Source: Burkholderiales bacterium
GTDB lineage: Bacteria > Pseudomonadota > Gammaproteobacteria > Burkholderiales > Burkholderiaceae_C
DNA: 14,164 nt
Reading direction: 5' to 3'
Assembly (NCBI GenBank): GCA_947453585.1
Contig: CANGHQ010000011.1
Span: forward strand, 1 to 14,164
The position numbers were made by a program, and so were the translations under genes. The notes under the pieces were generated by a model. That model saw only the letters and a list, made by a program, of their open reading frames with translations. It was not told the DNA's origin and searched no databases. Positions 5,356 through 14,164 of this stretch are shown piece by piece; the stretch's first letter is position 1; each line of letters begins with the position of its first letter.

Positions 5356-6630
5356 TTAGCAGCCCCGGGTAATGGGCATTTCCACTTCTTTCGGGTTCAG
5401 GGCGTACTTGCCCAATTCCAGCTTGGCAATCGCGTTGCGGTGCACTTCATCCGGGCCGTCCGCAAAACGCAAGGTGCGTGCGCTGGTATAGCTGTATGCC
5501 AGCGGGAAATCGCCGGACATACCGCCGCCGCCATGCACTTGCATGGCCCAGTCGATCACTTCGCATGCCATGGTGGGAGCCACGACCTTGATCATCGCGA
5601 TTTCGTTCTTGGCGAATTTGTTGCCGCCGATGTCCATCATCCAGGCGGCTTTGAGCGTCAGCAGTCGTGCCATGTCGATCTTGCAGCGGGAGTCGGCAAT
5701 ACGCTCTTGCGTCACGGTTTGGGCAGCAATGGGTTTGCCGAAGGCAACGCGTGAAGACGCGCGTTTGCACATCAGTTCCAGTGCACGCTCGGCCAGGCCA
5801 ATCAGGCGCATGCAATGGTGGATGCGTCCGGGCCCAAGGCGGCCTTGCGCGATTTCAAATCCACGGCCTTCGCCGAGCAAAATATTGCCCACAGGGACGC
5901 GCACGTTCTTGAACAGCACTTCCATGTGGCCGTGGGGCGCGTCGTCGTAACCAAAGACGGTGAGCGGGCGCACGATGGTGATGCCCTTGGCGTCAGCGGG
6001 AACCAGCACCATGCTTTGTTGGGAATGGCGGGCAGCTTCAGGATCGGTCTTGCCCATGACGATGTAGATGGAGCAGCGTGGATCGCCAGCGCCGGAAGTC
6101 CACCACTTGCGGCCATTGATGACGTATTCGTCGCCATCGCGCTCAATGCTGGTGGCGATATTGGTGGCGTCGCTCGATGCGACGTCGGGCTCGGTCATGG
6201 CAAAGGCGGAGCGGATCTTGCCTTCAAGCAAGGGCTTGAGCCAGCGCGCTTTGGCTTCTTCTGATCCGTAGCGGGCGATGGTTTCCATGTTGCCGGTGTC
6301 TGGCGCCGAGCAGTTGAACACTTCGCTGGACCACATGACGCGGCCCATGATCTCGGCCAGGGGTGCGTATTCCTGGTTGGTTAGACCGGCGCCGTGGTAG
6401 CCAGAGGCTTCCGCGCTGTCCACGGGCAGGAACAGATTCCACAAACCGGCGGCTTGCGCCTTGACCTTGAGGTTCTCAATGGTTTGCAGTGGAGTCCAGC
6501 GCTTGCCCGCAGCCGTGTTGGCCTCGATTTCGGCGTGGTAGGCGCCTTCAGCGGGGTAAATGTGCTCGTCCATAAAGGCGAGCAGTTTGGCCTGCAGCGA
6601 CTTGGTTTTTTCTGAATATTCGAAGTCCAT
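5356..6630 (-). CDS. Acyl-CoA dehydrogenase family protein, ACAD10/ACAD11 (FadE2-like) type, 424 aa
   Basis: The N-terminus [28 protein letters not shown]... and the motifs [28 protein letters not shown] and [17 protein letters not shown] are typical of this ACAD subfamily. Length and GC3 are consistent with this call. Confidence 0.92.
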   Translation of the reverse strand: MDFEYSEKTKSLQAKLLAFMDEHIYPAEGAYHAEIEANTAAGKRWTPLQTIENLKVKAQAAGLWNLFLPVDSAEASGYHGAGLTNQEYAPLAEIMGRVMWSSEVFNCSAPDTGNMETIARYGSEEAKARWLKPLLEGKIRSAFAMTEPDVASSDATNIATSIERDGDEYVINGRKWWTSGAGDPRCSIYIVMGKTDPEAARHSQQSMVLVPADAKGITIVRPLTVFGYDDAPHGHMEVLFKNVRVPVGNILLGEGRGFEIAQGRLGPGRIHHCMRLIGLAERALELMCKRASSRVAFGKPIAAQTVTQERIADSRCKIDMARLLTLKAAWMMDIGGNKFAKNEIAMIKVVAPTMACEVIDWAMQVHGGGGMSGDFPLAYSYTSARTLRFADGPDEVHRNAIAKLELGKYALNPKEVEMPITRGC

Positions 6631-6684
6631 GGCGTTTCCAATCGATGGGTTGTGTGAATGAAGGAGGGGAAGAAATAGGGACGC

Positions 6685-7770
6685 TTAGGCTTGCTGGGCG
6701 AATTTCCAGGCCAGTTGGGCCAGGGGTTTGGCGCCCGCGCCGGAGCTCACGGCTTGCGCGCTGGCGGCGGTGCCTGCTTCAACGCGCTTGGCAATGCCTT
6801 GCAAAATTGCGGCAATGCGGAACATGTTGTAGGCCATATAGAAGTTCCAGTCGGCTTTGAGCGCCTCGGGGCTGACCAGCTGCGTGTGCTCGCAGTACAT
6901 GCGGATGTATTCGGTTTGCGTGGGAATACCGAGCCCTTCCACATCAATGCCCGCGATGCCCCTAAAGCTGCCGGGCGGAATATTCCAGGCCATGGCGTGG
7001 TAGCTGAAGTCCGCCAGCGGGTGGCCCAGGGTGGAAAGTTCCCAGTCCAGCACCGCCAGAATGCGCGGCTCGGTCGGGTGAAAGATCATGTTGTCCAGCC
7101 GGAAGTCGCCGTGCACGATGCTGACCATGGTCTCGGACTTGGCCATTTCGGGAATGTGGTGCGGCAGCCAGGCAATCAACTGGTCCATTTCAGGAATGGG
7201 CTGTGTGACGGAAGCCAAATACTGCTTGCTCCAGCGGGCGATCTGGCGCTCAAAATAGTTACCCGGTCGGCCGTAGCTGGCCAGGCCCTGGGCCGCAAAA
7301 TCGACCAAATGCAAGGCGGAGATGACGCGGTTCATCTCGGTATAAATGGCTTTGCGCTCGGCTGGTTCCATGCCCGGCAGGGTTTGATCCCAGAGAATGC
7401 GTCCGGCGATAAATTCCATGATGTAGAAGGCGCGGCCTATCACCGATTCGTCTTCGCACAGCACCAACATCTCGGGCACCGGCACGGCGGTTCCGGCCAA
7501 TCCTCGCATGACTGCATATTCGCGCTCAATAGCGTGCGCCGAAGGCAGTAGTTTTGCCACAGGCCCGGGTTTGGACCGCATCACGTAGCTGCGCGTGGGG
7601 GTGATGAGCTTATAGGTCGGGTTGCTTTGCCCGCCTTTGAAGGACTCTACGGTCAAGGGGCCTGCGAAACCGGTCAGATTCTTTTCGAGCCAGGAAGACA
7701 GTGCGGCCACGTCAAACGCGTGCTTGCCTGAAACGGCCTGGGTGCCTACAAAATGGTCAAAGTCGCTCAT
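6685..7770 (-). CDS. Phosphotransferase (APH / choline-kinase fold) family protein, 361 aa
   Basis: The start is trimmed to MSDFDHFVGTQ (ATG at 7770). Motifs present: GGQSNPTYKL near the N-terminus, the catalytic loop HGDFRLDNMIF, and the metal-binding AVLDWELS. This is the same domain type as the N-terminal kinase domain of ACAD10/11. Confidence 0.9.
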   Translation of the reverse strand: MSDFDHFVGTQAVSGKHAFDVAALSSWLEKNLTGFAGPLTVESFKGGQSNPTYKLITPTRSYVMRSKPGPVAKLLPSAHAIEREYAVMRGLAGTAVPVPEMLVLCEDESVIGRAFYIMEFIAGRILWDQTLPGMEPAERKAIYTEMNRVISALHLVDFAAQGLASYGRPGNYFERQIARWSKQYLASVTQPIPEMDQLIAWLPHHIPEMAKSETMVSIVHGDFRLDNMIFHPTEPRILAVLDWELSTLGHPLADFSYHAMAWNIPPGSFRGIAGIDVEGLGIPTQTEYIRMYCEHTQLVSPEALKADWNFYMAYNMFRIAAILQGIAKRVEAGTAASAQAVSSGAGAKPLAQLAWKFAQQA

Positions 7771-7810
7771 GGTCTTCTCAATGGGTGGGGAAATGGCGTG
7801 AAAAAAGTGC

Positions 7811-8530
7811 CTAAACGTCGGCTTCGGCGATCTTGAGCAGCGCAGCGCGGTCGCGCACCACCAGGCCACCGGGCTCGATGCGTATGGTGTTGTCGCGTTC
7901 CATGGATTTGAGTTCCTGGTTCACCCGCTGGCGCGAGGCGCCGAGCAGCTGGGCCAATTCCTCTTGGGCCAATTGCAGACCAATGCGCACTTCGCTGCCG
8001 TCGCTGAGCGACGGCACACCATAGCTGCGCACCAGATGCAGCAGCTGTTTGGCCAGGCGGGCCCGCAAGGGCAGGGTGTTGAGGTCTTCCACCAAGCCAT
8101 ACAGCTGGCGTATACGACGCGAATGCAGACGTAAAAGCGCCTCATACAGCTCGACGTGCGCGGCCAGGATTTTCTTGAAATCGGCTTTTGCCACGCACAA
8201 GGTGGTGGTGTCGCCATGCGCGTACGCGTCATGGGTGCGCCGGTCGCCGTCAAAAATACTGACATCGCCAAACCAGATGCCCGGCTCCACATAGGTCAGG
8301 GTGATTTGCTTGCCTGAGATGGAGGTGGAACTCACACGCACCGCGCCTTTGGCGCAGGCGATCCACTCTTCAGGTGGTTCGCCGCGGGCGGCGATCAGGT
8401 CGCCGTCGCGGTGGCGCTTGACGTAGGCGCAGCGCAGGATGTCGTGCTTGAGCGAGGGGGAAAGCGCCGAGAACCAGCGTCCCGAATTAATGGCGCTTCG
8501 TTCTTCGATGGTGAGAATCGGTTCGTCCAT
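7811..8530 (-). CDS. Crp/Fnr family transcriptional regulator, 239 aa
   Basis: An N-terminal cNMP-binding-like beta-barrel (GDLIAARGEPPEEW...GIWFGDVSIFDG) is followed by a C-terminal HTH (LQLAQEELAQLLGASRQRVNQELKSMERDNTI). Confidence 0.9.
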   Translation of the reverse strand: MDEPILTIEERSAINSGRWFSALSPSLKHDILRCAYVKRHRDGDLIAARGEPPEEWIACAKGAVRVSSTSISGKQITLTYVEPGIWFGDVSIFDGDRRTHDAYAHGDTTTLCVAKADFKKILAAHVELYEALLRLHSRRIRQLYGLVEDLNTLPLRARLAKQLLHLVRSYGVPSLSDGSEVRIGLQLAQEELAQLLGASRQRVNQELKSMERDNTIRIEPGGLVVRDRAALLKIAEADV

Positions 8531-8656
8531 GCTTGGACTCTATCGGTGGGGGGCAAAGGATCGCATGCGGCCCATTGTGACCGGGTGCGCACCCGCCTGT
8601 GAAACCGGGTTGTCGCCTGGGCGTCAAAATGCGCCCGGCTTGTTTGGCGCCAGTGG

Positions 8657-8992
8657 CTAGGCCGCAGCGCTTTCTCTTTGGACCATGCGGTCGAGTTCGG
8701 CGCAGACGTCGGCCATACAGCCAGAAATGACGATGCGCCCAATGTTGCTGCGCGTCTGGTCCGCATCTACCACACGCACGACCCGCAGAGGACGGCTGCT
8801 CTGGTTAGGCCGCGAGCCGCGCACTGGGGTCGTCGCCGGGTTGAAGGCCCGAACCAGCGGAAAGATGGCGGCGGGTGCAGATGGGTGTGCGGAGCGGGCG
8901 TTTTGGGCCGGGCGTTCACTTTCGGGCTTGAACCAGTCAGCCAGGCGGTAGAGGGTGGCAGAAACTGCCTGAGATGAGAGCATTGGAAGCAT
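8657..8992 (-). CDS. Hypothetical protein, 111 aa, immediately downstream of lexA
   Basis: GC3 is high in this frame. It starts 19 nt after the lexA stop on the same strand. The C-terminal block PLRVVRVVDADQTRSNIGRIVISGCMADVCAELDRM looks conserved, while the N-terminal half is Pro/Ala/Ser-rich. No SD. Confidence 0.55.
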   Translation of the reverse strand: MLPMLSSQAVSATLYRLADWFKPESERPAQNARSAHPSAPAAIFPLVRAFNPATTPVRGSRPNQSSRPLRVVRVVDADQTRSNIGRIVISGCMADVCAELDRMVQRESAAA

Positions 8993-9011
8993 GGTGAGGG
9001 GCCTGGTGTAA

Positions 9012-9686
9012 TTACATGATCATGGTGTTGCGAATCAGGCCGACGGCCAGTCCTTCGATTTCGAAGGGCTCGCCAGGTTCGACCACGATGATCTTGAAGT
9101 CGGGGTTTTCTGGGTGCAGCTCAATGAGGTGTTTGTTGCGCCGAAAGCGTTTGACCGTGACTTCTTCGCCAATGCGCGCCACGATGATTTGGCCGTTTTT
9201 AGCCTCTTTGGTCGATTGCACGGCCAGCAAATCGCCGTCCATGATGCCCACGTCGCGCATGGACATGCCGCTGACTTTGAGCAGGTAGTCGGGCTGGCGC
9301 TGGAACAAGCTGTGCTCCACGTAATACGTTTGTTCGACATGCTCTTGCGCCAGGATGGGGGAGCCTGCCGCAACCCGGCCGATCAGGGGCAATGACAATT
9401 GCGCCAGGCCGGGGATGCCCAGGGAAAGCTGCTTAGAGCGTGACACGTGCAGGTCGCGCAAGGATTGACCGCGAAGGCGGATGCCCCGGGACGTGCCGCT
9501 GACCAGTTCAATGGCGCCCTTGCGCGCCAGGGCCTGGAGGTGCTCTTCTGCCGCGTTGGCGGACTTGAAACCGAGTTCGGTGGCGATTTCAGCGCGGGTG
9601 GGGGGCGCACCGGTGCGCGCAATGGCGCTTTCAATCAGGGTCAGGATTTCTTGCTGGCGTGCAGTCAATTTCAAGGTTTCAAGCAT
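9012..9686 (-). CDS. lexA: LexA repressor (SOS regulon transcriptional repressor / autopeptidase S24)
   Basis: It has an N-terminal winged HTH ([34 protein letters not shown]), the Ala-Gly cleavage site in [14 protein letters not shown], the catalytic Ser in [17 protein letters not shown], and the Lys in [13 protein letters not shown]. Confidence 0.97.
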   Translation of the reverse strand: MLETLKLTARQQEILTLIESAIARTGAPPTRAEIATELGFKSANAAEEHLQALARKGAIELVSGTSRGIRLRGQSLRDLHVSRSKQLSLGIPGLAQLSLPLIGRVAAGSPILAQEHVEQTYYVEHSLFQRQPDYLLKVSGMSMRDVGIMDGDLLAVQSTKEAKNGQIIVARIGEEVTVKRFRRNKHLIELHPENPDFKIIVVEPGEPFEIEGLAVGLIRNTMIM

Positions 9687-9729
9687 GGTGGCTCCTGGGT
9701 GTGGGCTGCCGCCAAGAGGCCTGGCGACA

Positions 9730-9745
9730 CTGTGTTCTTAAACAG
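9730..9745. promoter_or_regulatory. SOS box 1 (LexA operator), CTGTGTTCTTAAACAG
   Basis: A perfect CTGT-N8-ACAG palindrome 44 nt upstream of the lexA start codon. Confidence 0.85.
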
Positions 9746-9748
9746 TGG

Positions 9749-9764
9749 CTGTATTTTTATCCAG
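9749..9764. promoter_or_regulatory. SOS box 2 (imperfect), CTGTATTTTTATCCAG
   Basis: CTGT-N8-CCAG, 3 nt from box 1. It overlaps a possible -10 (TAAAAAT on the minus strand, 9759-9753) that lies 16 nt downstream of a TTGCAA -35 candidate (9776-9781). Confidence 0.65.
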
Positions 9765-9920
9765 CTTTATTCGTTTTGCAAGGATTTTTTTGTTTTGACT
9801 CGAAATCGTGGCGAAATCGCACGATTGAGGCGGCGCTTTTTTTGAAAAAGCGCAATCGCTGCAATGCGAGCAGCGCGTCCCTTGCCAGGGAGACGCGCAA
9901 TTGCGGCGCTGGGTGCGCGT

Positions 9921-10382
9921 TTATTGCGCTGTCTGAAACGGCGCGCCCTGCAATTTGGTGCCCGCCTTGATGCCTTTCTTCGCAAACCAGCCCTGGTTGA
10001 CTTCGAGCACATAGCGCACAGGCTTGGTGGAGCAGTGCGATTCGGTGGTTTGCGGCTGCATGTTTTCTAGGTTCACGATGGTGCCGTCGTCGGCGACAAA
10101 GGCGGCGGTCAGTGGAATAAGCGTGTTTTTCATCCAAAAACACTGCTGGCTGGGTGCCTGAAAAACAAACAGCATTCCTTCTTGCTGCGCCATGTCGGTG
10201 CGAAACATCAGGCCCGTGGCGTGTTGCTCGGTGGTCTGTGCCACTTGCGCCTGGATCTGGTGGATGCCAAGGGTCAGGGTGGTGCGCGGCAAGTTCATCT
10301 GGGGCGCGGGTTGGGCGATACAGGGGCCGGACAGCGCAGCGGCGCAGGTAGATATGAGGGCGAAAAGGCGAAGGTGCTTCAT
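9921..10382 (-). CDS. DUF192 (COG1430) family secreted protein, 153 aa
   Basis: The start is trimmed to MKHLRLFALISTCAAALSGPCIAQ, a signal peptide. The motifs GLMFR...GMLFVF......FWMKNTLIPLTAAFV...G.I are typical of DUF192. Confidence 0.8.
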   Translation of the reverse strand: MKHLRLFALISTCAAALSGPCIAQPAPQMNLPRTTLTLGIHQIQAQVAQTTEQHATGLMFRTDMAQQEGMLFVFQAPSQQCFWMKNTLIPLTAAFVADDGTIVNLENMQPQTTESHCSTKPVRYVLEVNQGWFAKKGIKAGTKLQGAPFQTAQ

Positions 10383-10594
10383 GGGCGCAATTGTGAACCA
10401 AGTCGTCGGCGAAATGGCCGCGCGGCGGGGCCAAAAGTTACCCTCCAAACGCGTTTCTGTGGCCCATTTGCCATTGCGGTTTTGACAGAATCCCGTAATT
10501 GTTTGGGACTAAAATCGGTTTTCCCGAGGGGTAACGCTTAATCCAAGCGATGCCCGCTACTTCCCAAGAATCGACATCCAACAGAGACCGCTCC

Positions 10595-11848
10595 ATGTAC
10601 CAGCACATCAAAGTCCCCACCGAAGGCCAAAAAATCACTGTGAACAGCGATCTGTCTCTGAACGTGCCAGACCAGCCCATCATTCCTTACATCGAAGGTG
10701 ACGGTACCGGCCTGGACATCACGCCTGTGATGCTTAAAGTGGTGGACGCTGCTGTGGCCAAAGCCTACAGCGGCAAGCGCAAGATCCATTGGATGGAAGT
10801 GTTCGCCGGCGAAAAGTCGACCAATGTGTATGGCCCAGACGTCTGGCTGCCCGAAGAAACCCTGCACGCCATTCGCGATTACGTGGTGTCTATCAAGGGC
10901 CCCTTGACCACGCCCGTGGGCGGTGGCATCCGTTCTTTGAACGTGGCTTTGCGCCAAGAGCTCGACTTGTACGTCTGCCTGCGCCCCATCCAGTACTTTG
11001 ACGGCGTGCCCAGCCCGGTCAAAGAGCCACAAAAGACCAATATGGTGATCTTCCGGGAAAATTCGGAAGACATTTACGCCGGTATCGAGTTCGAAGCCGA
11101 GTCCGACAAGGCCAAGAAACTGATCAAATTCCTGCAAGATGAGATGGGCGTCAAAAAGATCCGTTTCCCCAACACCTCCGGCATCGGCATCAAGCCCGTG
11201 TCGCGCGAAGGCACCGAGCGCCTGGTGCGCAAGGCCCTGCAATACACCATCGACAACGACAAGCCCAGCCTGACCATCGTGCACAAGGGCAACATCATGA
11301 AGTACACGGAAGGTGGCTTCCGCGATTGGGCCTACGCCCTGGCGCAAAAAGAGTTTGGCGCTGAGATGATCGACGGCGGACCCTGGTGCAAATTCAAAAA
11401 CCCCAAGACGGGCAAAGAAATCGTGGTCAAGGACAGCATCGCTGACGCGTTCTTGCAGCAAATTTTGCTGCGCCCCGCCGAATACAGCGTCATTGCCACG
11501 CTCAACCTCAATGGCGACTACGTGTCTGACGCTCTGGCGGCGCAAGTCGGCGGCATCGGCATCGCCCCTGGAGCCAACCTGAGCGACACCATCGCCATGT
11601 TCGAGGCCACCCACGGCACGGCGCCCAAATATGCGGGCAAGGACTATGTGAACCCAGGCTCAGAGATTTTGTCGGCCGAGATGATGCTGCGCCACATGGG
11701 CTGGATCGAAGCGGCGGACCTGATCATCAGTTCCATGAAGAAATCGATTGCCAGCAAGAAAGTCACTTACGACTTTGCCCGCCTGATGGACGGCGCAACC
11801 CAAGTGAGCTGCTCAGGCTTTGGCCAGGTCATGATCGACCACATGTAA
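10595..11848 (+). CDS. icd: NADP-dependent isocitrate dehydrogenase, 417 aa
   Basis: The start is trimmed to MYQHIKVP by analogy to the E. coli Icd N-terminus. Motifs present: [16 protein letters not shown], and [32 protein letters not shown], which includes the regulatory Ser position. The C-terminal block is [25 protein letters not shown]. Confidence 0.97.
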   Translation: MYQHIKVPTEGQKITVNSDLSLNVPDQPIIPYIEGDGTGLDITPVMLKVVDAAVAKAYSGKRKIHWMEVFAGEKSTNVYGPDVWLPEETLHAIRDYVVSIKGPLTTPVGGGIRSLNVALRQELDLYVCLRPIQYFDGVPSPVKEPQKTNMVIFRENSEDIYAGIEFEAESDKAKKLIKFLQDEMGVKKIRFPNTSGIGIKPVSREGTERLVRKALQYTIDNDKPSLTIVHKGNIMKYTEGGFRDWAYALAQKEFGAEMIDGGPWCKFKNPKTGKEIVVKDSIADAFLQQILLRPAEYSVIATLNLNGDYVSDALAAQVGGIGIAPGANLSDTIAMFEATHGTAPKYAGKDYVNPGSEILSAEMMLRHMGWIEAADLIISSMKKSIASKKVTYDFARLMDGATQVSCSGFGQVMIDHM

Positions 11849-11880
11849 ATCTTGTCGGGGCAGCTTGCTGCCTGCGGTTT

Positions 11881-11930
11881 AAAAAAATCGCCAGACCGTT
11901 TCCCAACGGCTGGCGATTTTTGTTTTTTGT
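11881..11930. terminator. Rho-independent (bidirectional) terminator after icd
   Basis: An A-run (11881-11887) precedes the stem ATCGCCAG(A)CCGTT / AACGGCTGGCGAT (11887-11917) with a TCCC loop. The tract TTTTTGTTTTTTG follows. Confidence 0.85.
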
Positions 11931-12005
11931 GCTTGAATATGGTCAAGACATCTCCAATTACCCCTGCAAGCGCGACCAGCGCAGACGGCCCCTAGAATAG
12001 AAAGC

Positions 12006-12368
12006 ATGGCGACAACTCCCCCCACCAAACCACCCTCTGTTCCCCGCACCAGCCCCCGACGTGACGACGGCGGAACCACGGTTCTGGAGCGACTGCCGCA
12101 AAAAGTGCAGCCACCCCAGATGCACCAGGTGCTGATGCTCAATGACGATTTCACGCCCATGGAATTTGTGGTGATGGTGATCCAAGAGTTTTTTGCCAAG
12201 GATTTGGAAACGGCCACGCAGATCATGCTGAAAATCCACCTGGATGGAAAAGGCGTCTGCGGGGTTTATTCAAGGGACGTGGCGGCCACCAAGGTGGACC
12301 AGGTGCTAGACGCGGCGCGCCGCTCTGGCCATCCCTTGCAGTGTGTAAGTGAGCCGGTTGGTTTTTGA
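12006..12368 (+). CDS. clpS: ATP-dependent Clp protease adaptor ClpS, 120 aa
   Basis: The core [24 protein letters not shown]...[28 protein letters not shown] is the ClpS signature. It has a Pro/Arg-rich N-terminal extension and lies directly upstream of clpA. Confidence 0.93.
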   Translation: MATTPPTKPPSVPRTSPRRDDGGTTVLERLPQKVQPPQMHQVLMLNDDFTPMEFVVMVIQEFFAKDLETATQIMLKIHLDGKGVCGVYSRDVAATKVDQVLDAARRSGHPLQCVSEPVGF

Positions 12369-12451
12369 GGCGACGACGCCAGTGAGAGCTTGGTAGTTGC
12401 GGGACCCGTTGCGGGCAGCACCTGACATTTGTTTGAGATAAAGGAAAAGCC

Positions 12452-14164
12452 ATGATCGCCCAAGAGTTAGAAGTCAGCCTGCATATGGCCTTTGTCGAGG
12501 CGCGCCAGCAGCGCCACGAGTTCATCACCGTCGAGCACCTGCTGCTCGCTTTGCTGGACAACCCCAGTGCGGCCGAAGTGCTGCGCGCGTGCTCGGCCAA
12601 TGTGGACGACCTGCGCAAGTCGCTTACGCATTTCATCAAGGACAACACGCCGCAGGTGGCGGGTGTGGACGAGGTGGATACCCAGCCCACGCTTGGTTTT
12701 CAGCGCGTGATCCAGCGCGCCATCATGCATGTGCAATCTACCGGCAGCGGTAAAAAAGAGGTCATGGGCAGCAATGTTCTGGTCGCGATTTTTGGCGAGA
12801 AAGATTCGCACGCCGTGTACTACTTGCACCAGCAAGGCGTAACGCGCTTGGATGTTGTCAACTTCATTGCCCACGGCATCAAGAAAAACGAGCCGCCAGA
12901 GCTGCCCAAAGCCGGTGAAGGCGCTACCGAGGGCGAAGAGGCCAGCAACGAAAAGAGCGAGAAGGCCTCGCCACTGGAGCAGTTCACGCAAAACCTGAAC
13001 CAGCTCGCCAAAGACGGAAAAATTGACCCGCTGATTGGCCGTGAGCACGAAGTCGAGCGCGTGATCCAGACGCTGTGCCGCCGCCGCAAGAACAATCCCT
13101 TGCTGGTCGGAGAAGCGGGCGTCGGTAAAACGGCGATCGCCGAGGGCCTGGCCTGGCGCATTTCCCAGAAGGACGTGCCCGAAGTGCTGGCCGAAGCCGT
13201 GGTCTATTCCCTGGACATGGGCGCCTTGTTGGCCGGTACGAAATACCGGGGTGATTTTGAGCAGCGCCTCAAGGGCGTGCTCAAGGCGCTGAAAGACCGG
13301 CCTAACGCCGTATTGTTCATTGACGAAATCCATACCTTGATTGGCGCCGGTTCGGCCTCGGGTGGAACGCTGGACGCGTCCAATTTGCTCAAGCCCAGCC
13401 TGAGCTCTGGCCAGCTCAAATGCATCGGTGCGACCACTTTTACCGAATACCGCAGTATTTTCGAAAAAGACGCCGCTCTGTCGCGCCGCTTTCAGAAAAT
13501 CGACGTTCTTGAACCGACCGTCGAGCAAACCGTGGAAATTCTCAAAGGCTTGAAGTCGCGCTTTGAAGAGCATCACAAGGTGAAATACGCCTTGGCTGCC
13601 CTGCAGGCTGCCGCCGAACTGAGCGCCAAGTACATCAACGACCGCCACCTGCCCGACAAGGCCATTGACGTGATCGATGAGGCAGGCGCCGCCCAGCAAA
13701 TCTTGCCGCCCAACAAGCGCAAAAAGACCATTTCCAAGACCGAGGTCGAGGAAATCGTGGCCAAGATTGCGCGTATTCCACCGGCCAATGTGTCACAGGA
13801 CGACCGGGGCAAGCTCAAAACCTTGGACCGCGACCTCAAGAGCGTGGTTTATGGCCAAGACAAGGCGCTCGACATTCTGGCCTCAGCGGTCAAGATGGCG
13901 CGCTCTGGTCTGGGCAAGGGCGACAAACCCATTGGCGCCTTCCTGTTCAGCGGCCCCACCGGCGTGGGCAAGACCGAAGCGGCCAAGCAGTTGGCCTACA
14001 TCATGGGCATTGACCTGATTCGCTTTGACATGTCTGAGTACATGGAGCGCCACGCCGTGAGCCGGCTGATTGGTGCGCCTCCGGGCTACGTGGGCTTTGA
14101 CCAGGGCGGCTTGTTGACCGAGGCCGTCACTAAGAAGCCGCATTGTGTGCTGCTGCTCGACGAA
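12452..14164 (+). CDS. clpA: ATP-dependent Clp protease ATP-binding subunit ClpA, first 571 codons (3' end beyond window)
   Basis: The ATG at 12452 follows AAAGGAAAAG. The frame is open to the window end and is absent from the ORF track only because there is no in-window stop. It has an N-domain ([35 protein letters not shown]), Walker A of D1 ([10 protein letters not shown]), Walker B ([14 protein letters not shown]) and Walker A of D2 (GPTGVGKTE). Confidence 0.97.
   Translation, partial: MIAQELEVSLHMAFVEARQQRHEFITVEHLLLALLDNPSAAEVLRACSANVDDLRKSLTHFIKDNTPQVAGVDEVDTQPTLGFQRVIQRAIMHVQSTGSGKKEVMGSNVLVAIFGEKDSHAVYYLHQQGVTRLDVVNFIAHGIKKNEPPELPKAGEGATEGEEASNEKSEKASPLEQFTQNLNQLAKDGKIDPLIGREHEVERVIQTLCRRRKNNPLLVGEAGVGKTAIAEGLAWRISQKDVPEVLAEAVVYSLDMGALLAGTKYRGDFEQRLKGVLKALKDRPNAVLFIDEIHTLIGAGSASGGTLDASNLLKPSLSSGQLKCIGATTFTEYRSIFEKDAALSRRFQKIDVLEPTVEQTVEILKGLKSRFEEHHKVKYALAALQAAAELSAKYINDRHLPDKAIDVIDEAGAAQQILPPNKRKKTISKTEVEEIVAKIARIPPANVSQDDRGKLKTLDRDLKSVVYGQDKALDILASAVKMARSGLGKGDKPIGAFLFSGPTGVGKTEAAKQLAYIMGIDLIRFDMSEYMERHAVSRLIGAPPGYVGFDQGGLLTEAVTKKPHCVLLLDE

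Noticed and set aside
5251-5754. 167-aa plus-strand ORF, and the other ORFs nested in 5447-6641.
   Set aside because: They are off-frame or antisense shadows of the acyl-CoA dehydrogenase gene.
6691-7551. 286-aa plus-strand ORF.
   Set aside because: It is an antisense shadow of the phosphotransferase gene.
6685-7869. Long N-terminal extensions given by the ORF track for the kinase (to 7869), DUF192 (to 10448), icd (from 10550), the 145-aa ORF (from 3325) and the 2863..3342 ORF.
   Set aside because: The extensions overlap neighbouring genes or intergenic DNA and use non-ATG or poorly placed starts. The family-typical N-termini begin at the internal ATGs that I used.
9804-9853. Hairpins AATCGTG-N9-CACGATT (9804-9826) and GCGCTTTTT-TTG-AAAAAGCGC (9833-9853), considered as terminators.
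   Set aside because: Neither is followed by a T-run in the direction of the only incoming transcript (the DUF192 gene on the minus strand). They may still act as weak terminators or binding sites, but the evidence is too thin for a call.
9757-10434. 225-aa minus-strand ORF overlapping the DUF192 gene in another frame.
   Set aside because: The translation is Arg/His/Pro-rich and implausible. The DUF192 frame has a signal peptide and family motifs.
10538-11614. 358-aa minus-strand ORF.
   Set aside because: It is an antisense shadow of icd. The translation is Gly/Val/Asp/His-rich, which is typical of a GC-rich reverse frame.
12467-13699. 410-aa minus-strand ORF.
   Set aside because: It is an antisense shadow of clpA in GC-rich DNA. 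The plus frame carries unmistakable ClpA Walker motifs.
1-14164. CRISPR arrays, rRNA, retron or DGR-type reverse-transcriptase systems, toxin-antitoxin pairs.
   Set aside because: There are no regularly spaced repeats, no rRNA-like sequence, no RT motifs (YxDD) in any long ORF, and no recognisable TA family pair.

Overview
The window has two parts.

(A) nt 1 to about 4592 is the right-hand part of a horizontally acquired, compositionally mosaic element.
- It is very AT-rich at the far left and roughly 50% G+C elsewhere.
- It has weak or absent Shine-Dalgarno sequences and mostly orphan ORFs.
- It contains one FimB/FimE-sized, catalytic-domain-only tyrosine recombinase.
- It contains several local repeat sets and two long stretches with no convincing ORF.
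- It ends at a tRNA 3'-end-like remnant (T-arm, acceptor strand and CCA at 4560-4592), which is probably an attachment-site scar. The left end lies outside the window.

(B) nt 4593-14164 is GC-rich core DNA (about 62% G+C by hand count) that looks betaproteobacterial (Burkholderiales/Comamonadaceae-like). In order it carries:
- an acidic hypothetical protein;
- a minus-strand cluster of Crp/Fnr regulator, APH-type kinase and ACAD10/11-type acyl-CoA dehydrogenase;
- lexA, with two tandem SOS boxes and a small co-transcribed ORF;
- a DUF192 secreted protein;
- icd, clpS, and the first 571 codons of clpA.

No CRISPR array, rRNA or intact tRNA was seen. The most unusual material is in the element: the small recombinase, the repeat-bracketed ORFs, the strand-skewed poorly coding 1.3 kb next to the recombinase, and the 340-nt ORF-free stretch abutting the tRNA remnant. 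All family assignments come from motif recognition by eye. No database search was run.
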